Source: Eledone cirrhosa
Lineage: Eukaryota
Direction: 5' to 3'
Assembly (NCBI GenBank): GCA_964016885.1
Contig: CAXHJY010000096.1
Location: 558,001-622,000 of the forward strand
DNA: 64,000 nucleotides
Part shown: positions 47,301 to 59,800 of the stretch, in pieces
Numbering within the stretch: the first letter of the stretch is position 1
Layout: every line of letters begins with the position of its first letter
Translations under genes and position numbers: made by a program
The notes under the pieces: generated by a model
Database searches by the model: none
What the model was told of the DNA's origin: nothing
What the model saw: the letters and a program-made list of their open reading frames with translations, nothing else

Positions 47301-50300
47301 ATCAGGGGGAGATAATTTGTAAAAAAAAATCAGGGGGAGATAATTTGTAAAAAAAATCAAGGGGAGATAATTTCCAGCCGTCCAAGGGAAGATAATTTCC
47401 AGCCGTCCAAGGGAAGATAATTTCCAGCCCTCCTAGGGGCTATAATTTCCAGCGTCCAAGGGGAGATAATTTCCAGCCAGCGAAGGGGAGATAATTTTTT
47501 TTTATAAAATCAGGGGGAGATAATTTGTAAAAAAAAAATCAGGGGGAGATAATTTGTAAAAAAAAATCAAGGGGAGATAATTTGTAAAAAAAATCAGGGG
47601 GAGATAATTTGTAAAAAAAATCAGGGGGAGATAATTTGTAAAAAAATCAGGGGGAGATAATTTGTAAAAAAAAAATCAGGGGGAGATAATTTGTAAAAAA
47701 AAATCAAGGGGATATAATTTGTAAAAAAAAATCAGGGGGAGATAATTTGTAAAAAAAATCAGGGGGAGATAATTTGTAAAAAAAATCAGGGGGAGATAAT
47801 TTGTAAAAAAAAAATCAGGGGGAGATAATTTGTAAAAAAAAATCAGGGGGAGATAATTTGTAAAAAAAATCAGGGGGAGATAATTTGTAAAAAAAATCAG
47901 GGGGAGATAATTTGTAAAAAAAAATCAGGGGGAGATAATTTGTAAAAAAAATCAAGGGGAGATAATTTGCAGCCGTCCAAGGGGAGATAATTTTCAGCCG
48001 TCCAAGGAGAGATAATTTCTAGCCGTCCAAGGGGAGATAATTTCCAGCCGTCCAAGGGGAGATAATTTCCAGCCGTCCAAGGGGAGATAATTTTTTTTAA
48101 AAAATCAAGCGGAGATAATTTGTAAAAAAAAAATCAGGGGGAGATAATTTGTAAAAAAAATCAAGGGGAGATAATTTCCAGCCGTCCAAGGGAAGATAAT
48201 TTCCAGCCGTCCAAGGGAAGATAATTTCCAGCCCTCCAAGGGGCTATAATTTCCAGCGTCCAAGGGGAGATAATTTCCAGCCAGCGAAGGGGAGATAATT
48301 TTTTTTTTTTAAATCAGGGGGAGATAATTTGTAAAAAAAATCAGGGGGAGATAATTTGTAAAAAAAAATCAGGGGGAGATAATTTGTAAAAAAAAATCAG
48401 GGGGAGATAATTTGTAAAAAAAATCAAGGGGAGATAATTTCCAGCCGTGCAAGGGGAGATAATTTCCAGCCGTCCAAGGGGAGATAATTTACATCCTTCC
48501 AAGGGGAGATAATATTTAAAAAAATCAGGCGGAGATAATTTGTAAAAAAAATCAGTGGAAGATAATTTGTAAAAAGAAAATCAAGGGCAGATAATTTCCA
48601 GCCGTCCAAGGGGAGATAATTTCCCGCCAGCCAAGGGAAGATAATATTTAAAAAAATCAGGCGGAGATAATTTGTAAAAAAAATCAGGGGGAGATAATTT
48701 GTAAAAAAATCAGGGGGAGATAATTTGTAAAAGAAAAATCAGGGGGAGATAATTTGTAAAAAGAAAATCAAGGGGAGATAATTTCCAGCCGTCCAAGGGG
48801 AGATAATTTCCCGCCAGCCAAGGAGAGATAATATTTAAAAAAATCAGGCGGAGATAATTTGTAAAAAAAATCAGGGGGAGATAATTTGTAAAAAAAATCA
48901 GGGGGAGATAATTTGTAAAAAAAATCAGGGGGAGATAATTTGTAAAAAAAAAATCAGGGGGAGATAATTTGTAAAAAAATCAAGGGGAGATAATTTCCAG
49001 CCGTCCAAGGGGAGATAATTTTCAGCCGTCCAAGGAGAGGTAATTTCTAGCCGTCCAAGGGGAGATAATTTCCAGCCGTCCAAGGGGAGATAATTTCCAG
49101 CCGTCCAACGGGAGATAATTTTAAAAAAAAAATCAGGCGGAGATAATTTGTAAACAAAAATCAGGGGGAGATAATTTGTAAAAAAAAATCAGGGGGAGAT
49201 AATTTGTAAAAAAAAATCAGGGGGAGATAATTTGTAAAAAAAATCAAGGGGAGATAATTTCCAGCCGTCCAAGGGGAGGTAATATCTAGCCATCCAAGGG
49301 GAGATAATTTCCAGCCGTCCAAGGGGAGATAATTTCCAGCCGTCCAAGGGGAGATAATTTCCAGCCGTCCAAGGAGACATATTTTCCAGCCGTCCAAGGA
49401 GAGGTAATTTCTAGCCGTCCAAGGGGAGATAAATTCCAGCCTCCAAGGGGAGATAATTTCCAGCCAGCCAAGGGGAGATAATTTGTAAAAAAATCAGGGG
49501 GAGATAATTTGTAAAAAAAATCAGGGGGAGATAATTTGTAACAAAAAATCAGGGGGAGATAATTTGTAAAAAAAAATCAGGGGGAGATAATTTGTAAAAA
49601 AAATCAGGGGGAGATAATTTGTAAAGAAAATCAAGGGGAGTTAATTTCCAGCCGTCCAAGGGGAGATAATTTTTTTTAAAAAATCAAGCGGAGATAATTT
49701 GTAAAAAAAAAATCAGGGGGAGATAATTTGTAAAAAAAAATCAGGGGGAGATAATTTGTAAAAAAAAATCAGGGGGAGATAATTTGTAAAAAAAATCAAG
49801 GGGAGATAATTTCCAGCCGTCCAAGGGAAGATAATTTCCAGCCGTCCAAGGGAAGATAATTTCCAGCCCTCCAAGGGGCTATAATTTCCAGCGTCCAAGG
49901 GGAGATAATTTCCAGCCAGCGAAGGGGAGATAATTTTTTTTTTAAAAATCAGGGGGAGATAATTTGTAAAAAAAATCAGGGGGAGATAATTTGTAAAAAA
50001 AAATCAGGGGGAGATAATTTGTAAAAAAAAATCAGGGGGAGATAATTTGTAAAAAAAATCAAGGGGAGATAATTTCCAGCCGTGCAAGGGGAGATAATTT
50101 CCAGCCGTCCAAGGGGAGATAATTTACATCCTTCCAAGGGGAGATAATTTCCAGCCGTCCAAGGGGAGATAATTTCCCGCCAGCCAAGGGAAGATAATTT
50201 TTAAAAAAATCAGGGTGAGATAATTTGTAAAAAAAAAATCAGGGGGAGATAATTTGTAAAAAAAAATCAAGGGGAGATAATTTGTAAAAAAAATCAGGGG

Positions 50301-53300
50301 GAGATAATTTGTAAAAAAAATCAGGGGGAGATAATTTGTAAAAAAATCAGGGGGAGATAATTTGTAAAAAAAAATCAGGGGGAGATAATTTGTAAAAAAA
50401 AATCAAGGGGAGATAATTTGTAAAAAAAAATCAGGGGGAGATAATTTGTAAAAAAAATCAAGGGGAGATAATTTGCAGCCGTCGAAGGGGAGATAATTTT
50501 CAGCCGTCCAAGGAGAGATAATTTCTAGCCGTCCAAGGGGAGATAATTTCCAGCCGTCCAAGGGGAGATAATTTCCAGCCGTCCAAGGGGAGATAATTTT
50601 TTTTTAAAAATCAAGCGGAGATAATTTGTAAAAAAAAAATCAGGGGGAGATAATTTGTAAAAAAAAATCAGGGGGAGATAATTTGTAAAAAAAAATCAGG
50701 GGGAGATAATTTGTAAAAAAAATCAAGGGGAGATAATTTCCAGCCGTCCAAGGGAAGATAATTTCCAGCCGTCCAAGGGAAGATAATTTCCAGCCCTCCA
50801 AGGGGCTATAATTTCCAGCGTCCAAGGGGAGATAATTTCCAGCCAGCGAAGGGGAGATAATTTTTTTTTATAAAATCAGGGGGAGATAATTTGTAAAAAA
50901 AATCAGGGGGAGATAATTTGTAAAAAAAAATCAGGGGGAGATAATTTGTAAAAAAAAATCAGGGGGAGATAATTTGTAAAAAAAATCAAGGGGAGATAAT
51001 TTCCAGCCGTGCAAGGGGAGATAATTTCCAGCCGTCCAAGGGGAGATAATTTACATCCTTCCAAGGGGAGATAATTTCCAGCCGTCCAAGGGGAGATAAT
51101 TTCCCGCCAGCCAAGGGAAGATAATTTTTAAAAAAATCAGGGGGAGATAATTTGTAAAAAAAAAATCAGGGGGAGATAATTTGTAAAAAAAAATCAAGGG
51201 GAGATAATTTGTAAAAAAAATCAGGGGGAGATAATTTGTAAAAAAAATCAGGGGGAGATAATTTGTAAAAAAATCAGGGGGAGATAATTTGTAAAAAAAA
51301 AATCAGGGGGAGATAATTTGTAAAAAAAAATCAAGGGGAGATAATTTGTAAAAAAAAATCAGGGGGAGATAATTTGTAAAAAAAATCAGGGGGAGATAAT
51401 TTGTAAAAAAAATCAGGGGGAGATAATTTGTAAAAAAAAATCAGGGGGAGATAATTTGTAAAAAAAAATCAGGGGGAGATAATTTGTAAAAAAAATCAGG
51501 GGGAGATAATTTGTAAAAAAAATCAGGGGGAGATAATTTGTAAAAAAAATCAAGGGGAGATAATTTGCAGCCGTCCAAGGGGAGATAATTTTCAGCCGTC
51601 CAAGGAGAGATAATATTTAAAAAAATCAGGCGGAGATAATTTGTAAAAAAAATCAGGGGGAGATAATTTGTAAAAAAAATCAGGGGGAGATAATTTCCAG
51701 CCGTCCAAGGGGAGATAATTTTCAGCCGTCCAAGGAGAGGTAATTTCTAGCCGTCCAAGGGGAGATAATTTCCAGCCGTCCAAGGGAAGATAATTTCCAG
51801 CCCTCCAAGGGGCTATAATTTCCAGCGTCCAAGGGGAGATAATTTCCAGCCAGCGAAGGGGAGATAATTTTTTTTTTAAAAATCAGGGGGAGATAATTTG
51901 TAAAAAAAATCAGGGGGAGATAATTTGTAAAAAAAAATCAGGGGGAGATAATTTGTAAAAAAAAATCAGGGGGAGATAATTTGTAAAAAAAATCAAGGGG
52001 AGATAATTTCCAGCCGTGCAAGGGGAGATAATTTCCAGCCGTCCAAGGGGAGATAATTTACATCCTTCCAAGGGGAGATAATTTCCAGCCGTCCAAGGGG
52101 AGATAATTTCCCGCCAGCCAAGGGAAGATAATTTTTAAAAAAATCAGGGGGAGATAATTTGTAAAAAAAAAATCAGGGGGAGATAATTTGTAAAAAAAAA
52201 TCAAGGGGAGATAATTTGTAAAAAAAATCAGGAGGAGATAATTTGTAAAAAAAATCAGGGGGAGATAATTTGTAAAAAAATCAGGGGGAGATAATTTGTA
52301 AAAAAAAATCAGGGGGAGATAATTTGTAAAAAAAAATCAAGGGGAGATAATTTGTAAGAAAAAATCAGGGGGAGATAATTTGTAAAAAAAAATCAGGGGG
52401 AGATAATTTGTAAAAAAAATCAAGGGGAGATAATTTGCAGCCGTCGAAGGGGAGATAATTTTCAGCCGTCCAAGGAGAGATAATTTCTAGCCGTCCAAGG
52501 GGAGATAATTTCCAGCCGTCCAAGGGGAGATAATTTCCAGCCGTCCAAGGGGAGATAATTTTTTTTAAAAAATCAAGCGGAGATAATTTGTAAAAAAAAA
52601 ATCAGGGGGAGATAATTTGTAAAAAAAAATCAGGGGGAGATAATTTGTAAAAAAAAATCAGGGGGAGATAATTTGTAAAAAAAATCAAGGGGAGATAATT
52701 TCCAGCCGTCCAAGGGAAGATAATTTCCAGCCGTCCAAGGGAAGATAATTTCCAGCCCTCCTAGGGGCTATAATTTCCAGCGTCCAAGGGGAGATAATTT
52801 CCAGCCAGCGAAGGGGAGATAATTTTTTTTTATAAAATCAGGGGGAGATAATTTGTAAAAAAAAAATCAGGGGGAGATAATTTGTAAAAAAAAATCAAGG
52901 GGAGATAATTTGTAAAAAAAATCAGGGGGAGATAATTTGTAAAAAAAATCAGGGGGAGATAATTTGTAAAAAAATCAGGGGGAGATAATTTGTAAAAAAA
53001 AAATCAGGGGGAGATAATTTGTAAAAAAAAATCAAGGGGATATAATTTGTAAAAAAAAATCAGGGGGAGATAATTTGTAAAAAAAATCAGGGGGAGATAA
53101 TTTGTAAAAAAAATCAGGGGGAGATAATTTGTAAAAAAAAAATCAGGGGGAGATAATTTGTAAAAAAAAATCAGGGGGAGATAATTTGTAAAAAAAATCA
53201 GGGGGAGATAATTTGTAAAAAAAATCAGGGGGAGATAATTTGTAAAAAAAAATCAGGGGGAGATAATTTGTAAAAAAAATCAAGGGGAGATAATTTGCAG

Positions 53301-53830
53301 CCGTCCAAGGGGAGATAATTTTCAGCCGTCCAAGGAGAGATAATTTCTAGCCGTCCAAGGGGAGATAATTTCCAGCCGTCCAAGGGGAGATAATTTCCAG
53401 CCGTCCAAGGGGAGATAATTTTTTTTAAAAAATCAAGCGGAGATAATTTGTAAAAAAAAAATCAGGGGGAGATAATTTGTAAAAAAAATCAAGGGGAGAT
53501 AATTTCCAGCCGTCCAAGGGAAGATAATTTCCAGCCGTCCAAGGGAAGATAATTTCCAGCCCTCCAAGGGGCTATAATTTCCAGCGTCCAAGGGGAGATA
53601 ATTTCCAGCCAGCGAAGGGGAGATAATTTTTTTTTTTTAAATCAGGGGGAGATAATTTGTAAAAAAAATCAGGGGGAGATAATTTGTAAAAAAAAATCAG
53701 GGGGAGATAATTTGTAAAAAAAAATCAGGGGGAGATAATTTGTAAAAAAAATCAAGGGGAGATAATTTCCAGCCGTGCAAGGGGAGATAATTTCCAGCCG
53801 TCCAAGGGGAGATAATTTACATCCTTCCAA
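43200..53830 (+). repeat. 5,328-5,329 bp tandem duplication (junction ~48,510)
   Basis: TCAGTGGAAG at 43,223/48,552 and CCTAGGGG at 47,434/52,762. ORFs 43832/49161, 45312/50640 and 46264/51592 match. Confidence 0.92.
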
Positions 53831-56800
53831 GGGGAGATAATTTCCAGCCGTCCAAGGGGAGATAATTTCCCGCCAGCCAAGGGAAGAAAATTTTTAAAAA
53901 AATCAGGGGGAGATAATTTGTAAAAAAAAAATCAGGGGGAGATAATTTGTAAAAAAAAATCAAGGGGAGATAATTTGTAAAAAAAATCAGGGGGAGATAA
54001 TTTGTAAAAAAAATCAGGGGGAGATAATTTGTAAAAAAATCAGGGGGAGATAATTTGTAAAAAAAAAATCAGGGGGAGATAATTTGTAAAAAAAAATCAA
54101 GGGGAGATAATTTGTAAAAAAAAATCAGGGGGAGATAATTTGTAAAAAAAATCAGGGGGAGATAATTTGTAAAAAAATCAGGGGGAGATAATTTGTAAAA
54201 AAAAATCAGGGGGAGATAATTTGTAAAAAAAAATCAGGGGGAGATAATTTGTAAAAAAAATCAGGGGGAGATAATTTGTAAAAAAAATCAGGGGGAGATA
54301 ATTTGTAAAAAAAATCAAGGGGAGATAATTTGCAGCCGTCCAAGGGGAGATAATTTTCAGCCGTCCAAGGAGAGGTAATTTCTAGCCGTCCAAGGGGAGA
54401 TAATTTCCAGCCGTCCAAGGGGAGATAATTTCGAGCCGTCCAAGGGGAGATAATTTTTTTTTAAAAATCAGGCGGAGATAATTTGTAAAAAAAAAAATCA
54501 GGGGGAGATAATTTGTAAAAAAAAATCAGGGGGAGATAATTTGTAAAAAAAAATCAGGGGGAGATAATTTGTAAAAAAAATCAAGGGGAGATAATTTCCA
54601 GCCGTCCAAGGGAAGATAATTTCCAGCCCTCCAAGGGGCTATAATTTCCAGCGTCCAAGGGGAGATAATTTCCAGCCAGCGAAGGGGAGATAATTTTTTT
54701 TTAAAAAATCATGCGGGGATAATTTGTAAAAAAAATCAGGGGGAGATAATTTGTAAAAAAAATCAAGGGGAGATAATTTCCAGCCGTCCAAAGAGAGATA
54801 ATTTCTAGCCGTCCAAGGGGAGATAATTTCCAGCCGTCCAAGGGGAGATAATTTCCCGCCAGCCAAGGGAAGATAATTTTTTAAAAAATCAGGCGGAGAT
54901 TGTAAAAAAAATCAGGGGGAGATAATTTGTAAAAAAATCAGGGGGAGATAATTTGTAAAAAAAAAATCAGGGGGAGATAATTTGTAAAAAAAAATCAGAG
55001 GGAGATAATTTGTAAAAAAAAATCAGGGGGAGATAATTTGTAAAAAAAATCAGGGGTAGATAATTTGTAAAAAAAATCAGGGGGAGATAATTTGTAAAAA
55101 AAAATCAGGGGGAGATAATTTGTAAAAAAAATCAAGGGGAGATAATTTCCAGCCGTCCAAGGGAAGATAATTTCCAGCCGTCCAAGGGAAGATAATTTCC
55201 AGCCCTCCAAGGGGCTATAATTTCCAGCGTCCAAGGGGAGATAATTTCCAGCCAGCGAAGGGGAGATAATTTTTTTTTTAAAAATCAGGGGTAGATAATT
55301 TGTAAAAAAAATCAGGGGGAGATAATTTGTAAAAAAAAATCAGGGGGAGATAATTTGTAAAAAAAAATCAGGGGGAGATAATTTGTAAAAAAAATCAAGG
55401 GGAGATAATTTCCAGCCGTGCAAGGGGAGATAATTTCCAGCCGTCCAAGGGGAGATAATTTACATCCTTCCAAGGGGAGATAATTTCCAGCCGTCCAAGG
55501 GGAGATAATTTCCCGCCAGCCAAGGGAAGATAATTTTTAAAAAAATCAGGGGGAGATAATTTGTAAAAAAAAAATCAGGGGGAGATAATTTGTAAAAAAA
55601 AATCAAGGGGAGATAATTTGTAAAAAAAATCAGGGGGAGATAATTTGTAAAAAAAATCAGGGGGAGATAATTTGTAAAAAAATCAGGGGGAGATAATTTG
55701 TAAAAAAAAAATCAGGGGGAGATAATTTGTAAAAAAAATCAGGGGGAGATAATTTGTAAAAAAAAAATCAGGGGGAGATAATTTGTAAAAAAAAATCAAG
55801 GGGAGATAATTTGTAAAAAAAAATCAGGGGGAGATAATTTGTAAAAAAAATCAGGGGGAGATAATTTGTAAAAAAAATCAGGGGGAGATAATTTGTAAAA
55901 AAAAATCAGGGGGAGATAATTTGTAAAAAAAAATCAGGGGGAGATAATTTGTAAAAAAAATCAGGGGGAGATAATTTGTAAAAAAAATCGGGGAGATAAT
56001 TTGTAAAAAAAATCAAGGGGAGATAATTTGCAGCCGTCCAAGGGGAGATAATTTTCAGCCGTCCAAGGAGAGGTAATTTCTAGCCGTCCAAGGGGAGATA
56101 ATTTCCAGCCGTCCAAGGGGAGATAATTTCCAGCCGTCCAAGGGGAGATAATTTTTTTTTAAAAATCAGGCGGAGATAATTTGTAAAAAAAAAAATCAGG
56201 GGGAGATAATTTGTAAAAAAAAATCAGGGGGAGATAATTTGTAAAAAAAAATCAGGGGGAGATAATTTGTAAAAAAAATCAAGGGGAGATAATTTCCAGC
56301 CGTCCAAGGGAAGATAATTTCCAGCCGTCCAAGGGAAGATAATTTCCAGCCCTCCAAGGGGCTATAATTTCCAGCGTCCAAGGGGAGATAATTTCCAGCC
56401 AGCGAAGGGGAGATAATTTTTTTTTTAAAAATCAGGGGGAGATAATTTGTAAAAAAAATCAGGGGGAGATAATTTGTAAAAAAAAATCAGGGGGAGATAA
56501 TTTGTAAAAAAAAATCAGGGGGAGATAATTTGTAAAAAAAAATCAGGGGGAGATAATTTGTAAAAAAAATCAAGGGGAGATAATTTCCAGCCGTCCAAGG
56601 GAAGATAATTTCCAGCCGTCCAAGGGAAGATAATTTCCAGCCCTCCAAGGGGCTATAATTTCCAGCGTCCAAGGGGAGATAATTTCCAGCCAGCGAAGGG
56701 GAGATAATTTTTTTTTTAAAAATCAGGGGGAGATAATTTGTAAAAAAAATCAGGGGGAGATAATTTGTAAAAAAAAATCAGGGGGAGATAATTTGTAAAA

Positions 56801-59800
56801 AAAAATCAGGGGGAGATAATTTGTAAAAAAAATCAAGGGGAGATAATTTCCAGCCGTGCAAGGGGAGATAATTTCCAGCCGTCCAAGGGGAGATAATTTA
56901 CATCCTTCCAAGGGGAGATAATTTCCAGCCGTCCAAGGGGAGATAATTTCCCGCCAGCCAAGGGAAGATAATTTTTAAAAAAATCAGGGGGAGATAATTT
57001 GTAAAAAAAAAATCAGGGGGAGATAATTTGTAAAAAAAAATCAAGGGGAGATAATTTGTAAAAAAAATCAGGGGGAGATAATTTGTAAAAAAAATCAGGG
57101 GGAGATAATTTGTAAAAAAAATCAGGGGGAGATAATTTGTAAAAAAAAATCAGGGGGAGATAATTTGTAAAAAAAAATCAAGGGGAGATAATTTGTAAAA
57201 AAAAATCAGGGGGAGATAATTTGTAAAAAAAAATCAGGGGGAGATAATTTGTAAAAAAAATCAAGGGGAGATAATTTGCAGCCGTCGAAGGGGAGATAAT
57301 TTTCAGCCGTCCAAGGAGAGATAATTTCTAGCCGTCCAAGGGGAGATAATTTCCAGCCGTCCAAGGGGAGATAATTTCCAGCCGTCCAAGGGGAGATAAT
57401 TTTTTTTAAAAAATCAAGCGGAGATAATTTGTAAAAAAAAAATCAGGGGGAGATAATTTGTAAAAAAAAATCAGGGGGAGATAATTTGTAAAAAAAAATC
57501 AGGGGGAGATAATTTGTAAAAAAAATCAAGGGGAGATAATTTCCAGCCGTCCAAGGGAAGATAATTTCCAGCCGTCCAAGGGAAGATAATTTCCAGCCCT
57601 CCAAGGGGCTATAATTTCCAGCGTCCAAGGGGAGATAATTTCCAGCCAGCGAAGGGGAGATAATTTTTTTTTATAAAATCAGGGGGAGATAATTTGTAAA
57701 AAAAATCAGGGGGAGATAATTTGTAAAAAAAAATCAGGGGGAGATAATTTGTAAAAAAAAATCAGGGGGAGATAATTTGTAAAAAAAATCAAGGGGAGAT
57801 AATTTCCAGCCGTGCAAGGGGAGATAATTTCCAGCCGTCCAAGGGGAGATAATTTACATCCTTCCAAGGGGAGATAATTTCCAGCCGTCCAAGGGGAGAT
57901 AATTTCCCGCCAGCCAAGGGAAGATAATTTTTAAAAAAATCAGGGGGAGATAATTTGTAAAAGAAAAATCAGGGGGAGATAATTTGTAAAAAAAAATCAA
58001 GGGGAGATAATTTGTAAAAAAAATCAGGGGGAGATAATTTGTAAAAAAAATCAGGGGGAGATAATTTGTAAAAAAATCAGGGGGAGATAATTTGTAAAAA
58101 AAAAATCAGGGGGAGATAATTTGTAAAAAAAAATCAAGGGGAGATAATTTGTAAAAAAAAATCAGGGGGAGATAATTTGTAAAAAAAAATCAGGGGGAGA
58201 TAATTTGTAAAAAAAATCAGGGGGAGATAATTTGTAAAAAAAAATCAGGGGGAGATAATTTGTAAAAAAAAATCAGGGGGAGATAATTTGTAAAAAAAAT
58301 CAGGGGGAGATAATTTGTAAAAAAAATCAGGGGGAGATAATTTGTAAAAAAAATCAAGGGGAGATAATTTGCAGCCGTCCAAGGGGAGATAATTTTCAGC
58401 CGTCCAAGGAGAGGTAATTTCTAGCCGTCCAAGGGGAGATAATTTCCAGCCGTCCAAGGGGAGATAATTTCCAGCCGTCCAAGGGGAGATAATTTTTTTT
58501 TAAAAATCAGGCGGAGATAATTTGTAAAAAAAAAAATCAGGGGGAGATAATTTGTAAAAAAAAATCAGGGGGAGATAATTTGTAAAAAAAAATCAGGGGG
58601 AGATAATTTGTAAAAAAAATCAAGGGGAGATAATTTCCAGCCGTCCAAGGGAAGATAATTTCCAGCCGTCCAAGGGAAGATAATTTCCAGCCCTCCAAGG
58701 GGCTATAATTTCCAGCGTCCAAGGGGAGATAATTTCCAGCCAGCGAAGGGGAGATAATTTTTTTTTTTTAAATCAGGGGGAGATAATTTGTAAAAAAAAT
58801 CAGGGGGAGATAATTTGTAAAAAAAAATCAGGGGGAGATAATTTGTAAAAAAAAATCAGGGGGAGATAATTTGTAAAAAAAATCAAGGGGAGATAATTTC
58901 CAGCAGTGCAAGGGGAGATAATTTCCAGCCGTCCAAGGGGAGATAATTTACATCCTTCCAAGGGGAGATAATTTCCAGCCGTCCAAGGGGAGATAATTTC
59001 CCGCCAGCCAAGGGAAGATAATTTTTAAAAAAATCAGGGGGAGATAATTTGTAAAAAAAAAATCAGGGGGAGATAATTTGTAAAAAAAAATCAAGGGGAG
59101 ATAATTTGTAAAAAAAATCAGGGGGAGATAATTTGTAAAAAAAAAATCAGGGGGAGATAATTTGTAAAAAAAAATCAAGGGGAGATAATTTGTAAAAAAA
59201 ATCAGGGGGAGATAATTTGTAAAAAAAATCAGGGGGAGATAATTTGTAAAAAAATCAGGGGGAGATAATTTGTAAAAAAAAAATCAGGGGGAGATAATTT
59301 GTAAAAAAAAATCAAGGGGAGATAATTTGTAAAAAAAAATCAGGGGGAGATAATTTGTAAAAAAAAATCAGGGGGAGATAATTTGTAAAAAAAATCAAGG
59401 GGAGATAATTTGCAGCCGTCCAAGGGGAGATAATTTTCAGCCGTCCAAGGAGAGATAATTTCTAGCCGTCCAAGGGGAGATAATTTCCAGCCGTCCAAGG
59501 GGAGATAATTTCCAGCCGTCCAAGGGGAGATAATTTTTTTTAAAAAATCAAGCGGAGATAATTTGTAAAAAAAAAATCAGGGGGAGATAATTTGTAAAAA
59601 AAAATCAGGGGGAGATAATTTGTAAAAAAAAATCAGGGGGAGATAATTTGTAAAAAAAATCAAGGGGAGATAATTTCCAGCCGTCCAAGGGAAGATAATT
59701 TCCAGCCGTCCAAGGGAAGATAATTTCCAGCCCTCCAAGGGGCTATAATTTCCAGCGTCCAAGGGGAGATAATTTCCAGCCAGCGAAGGGGAGATAATTT

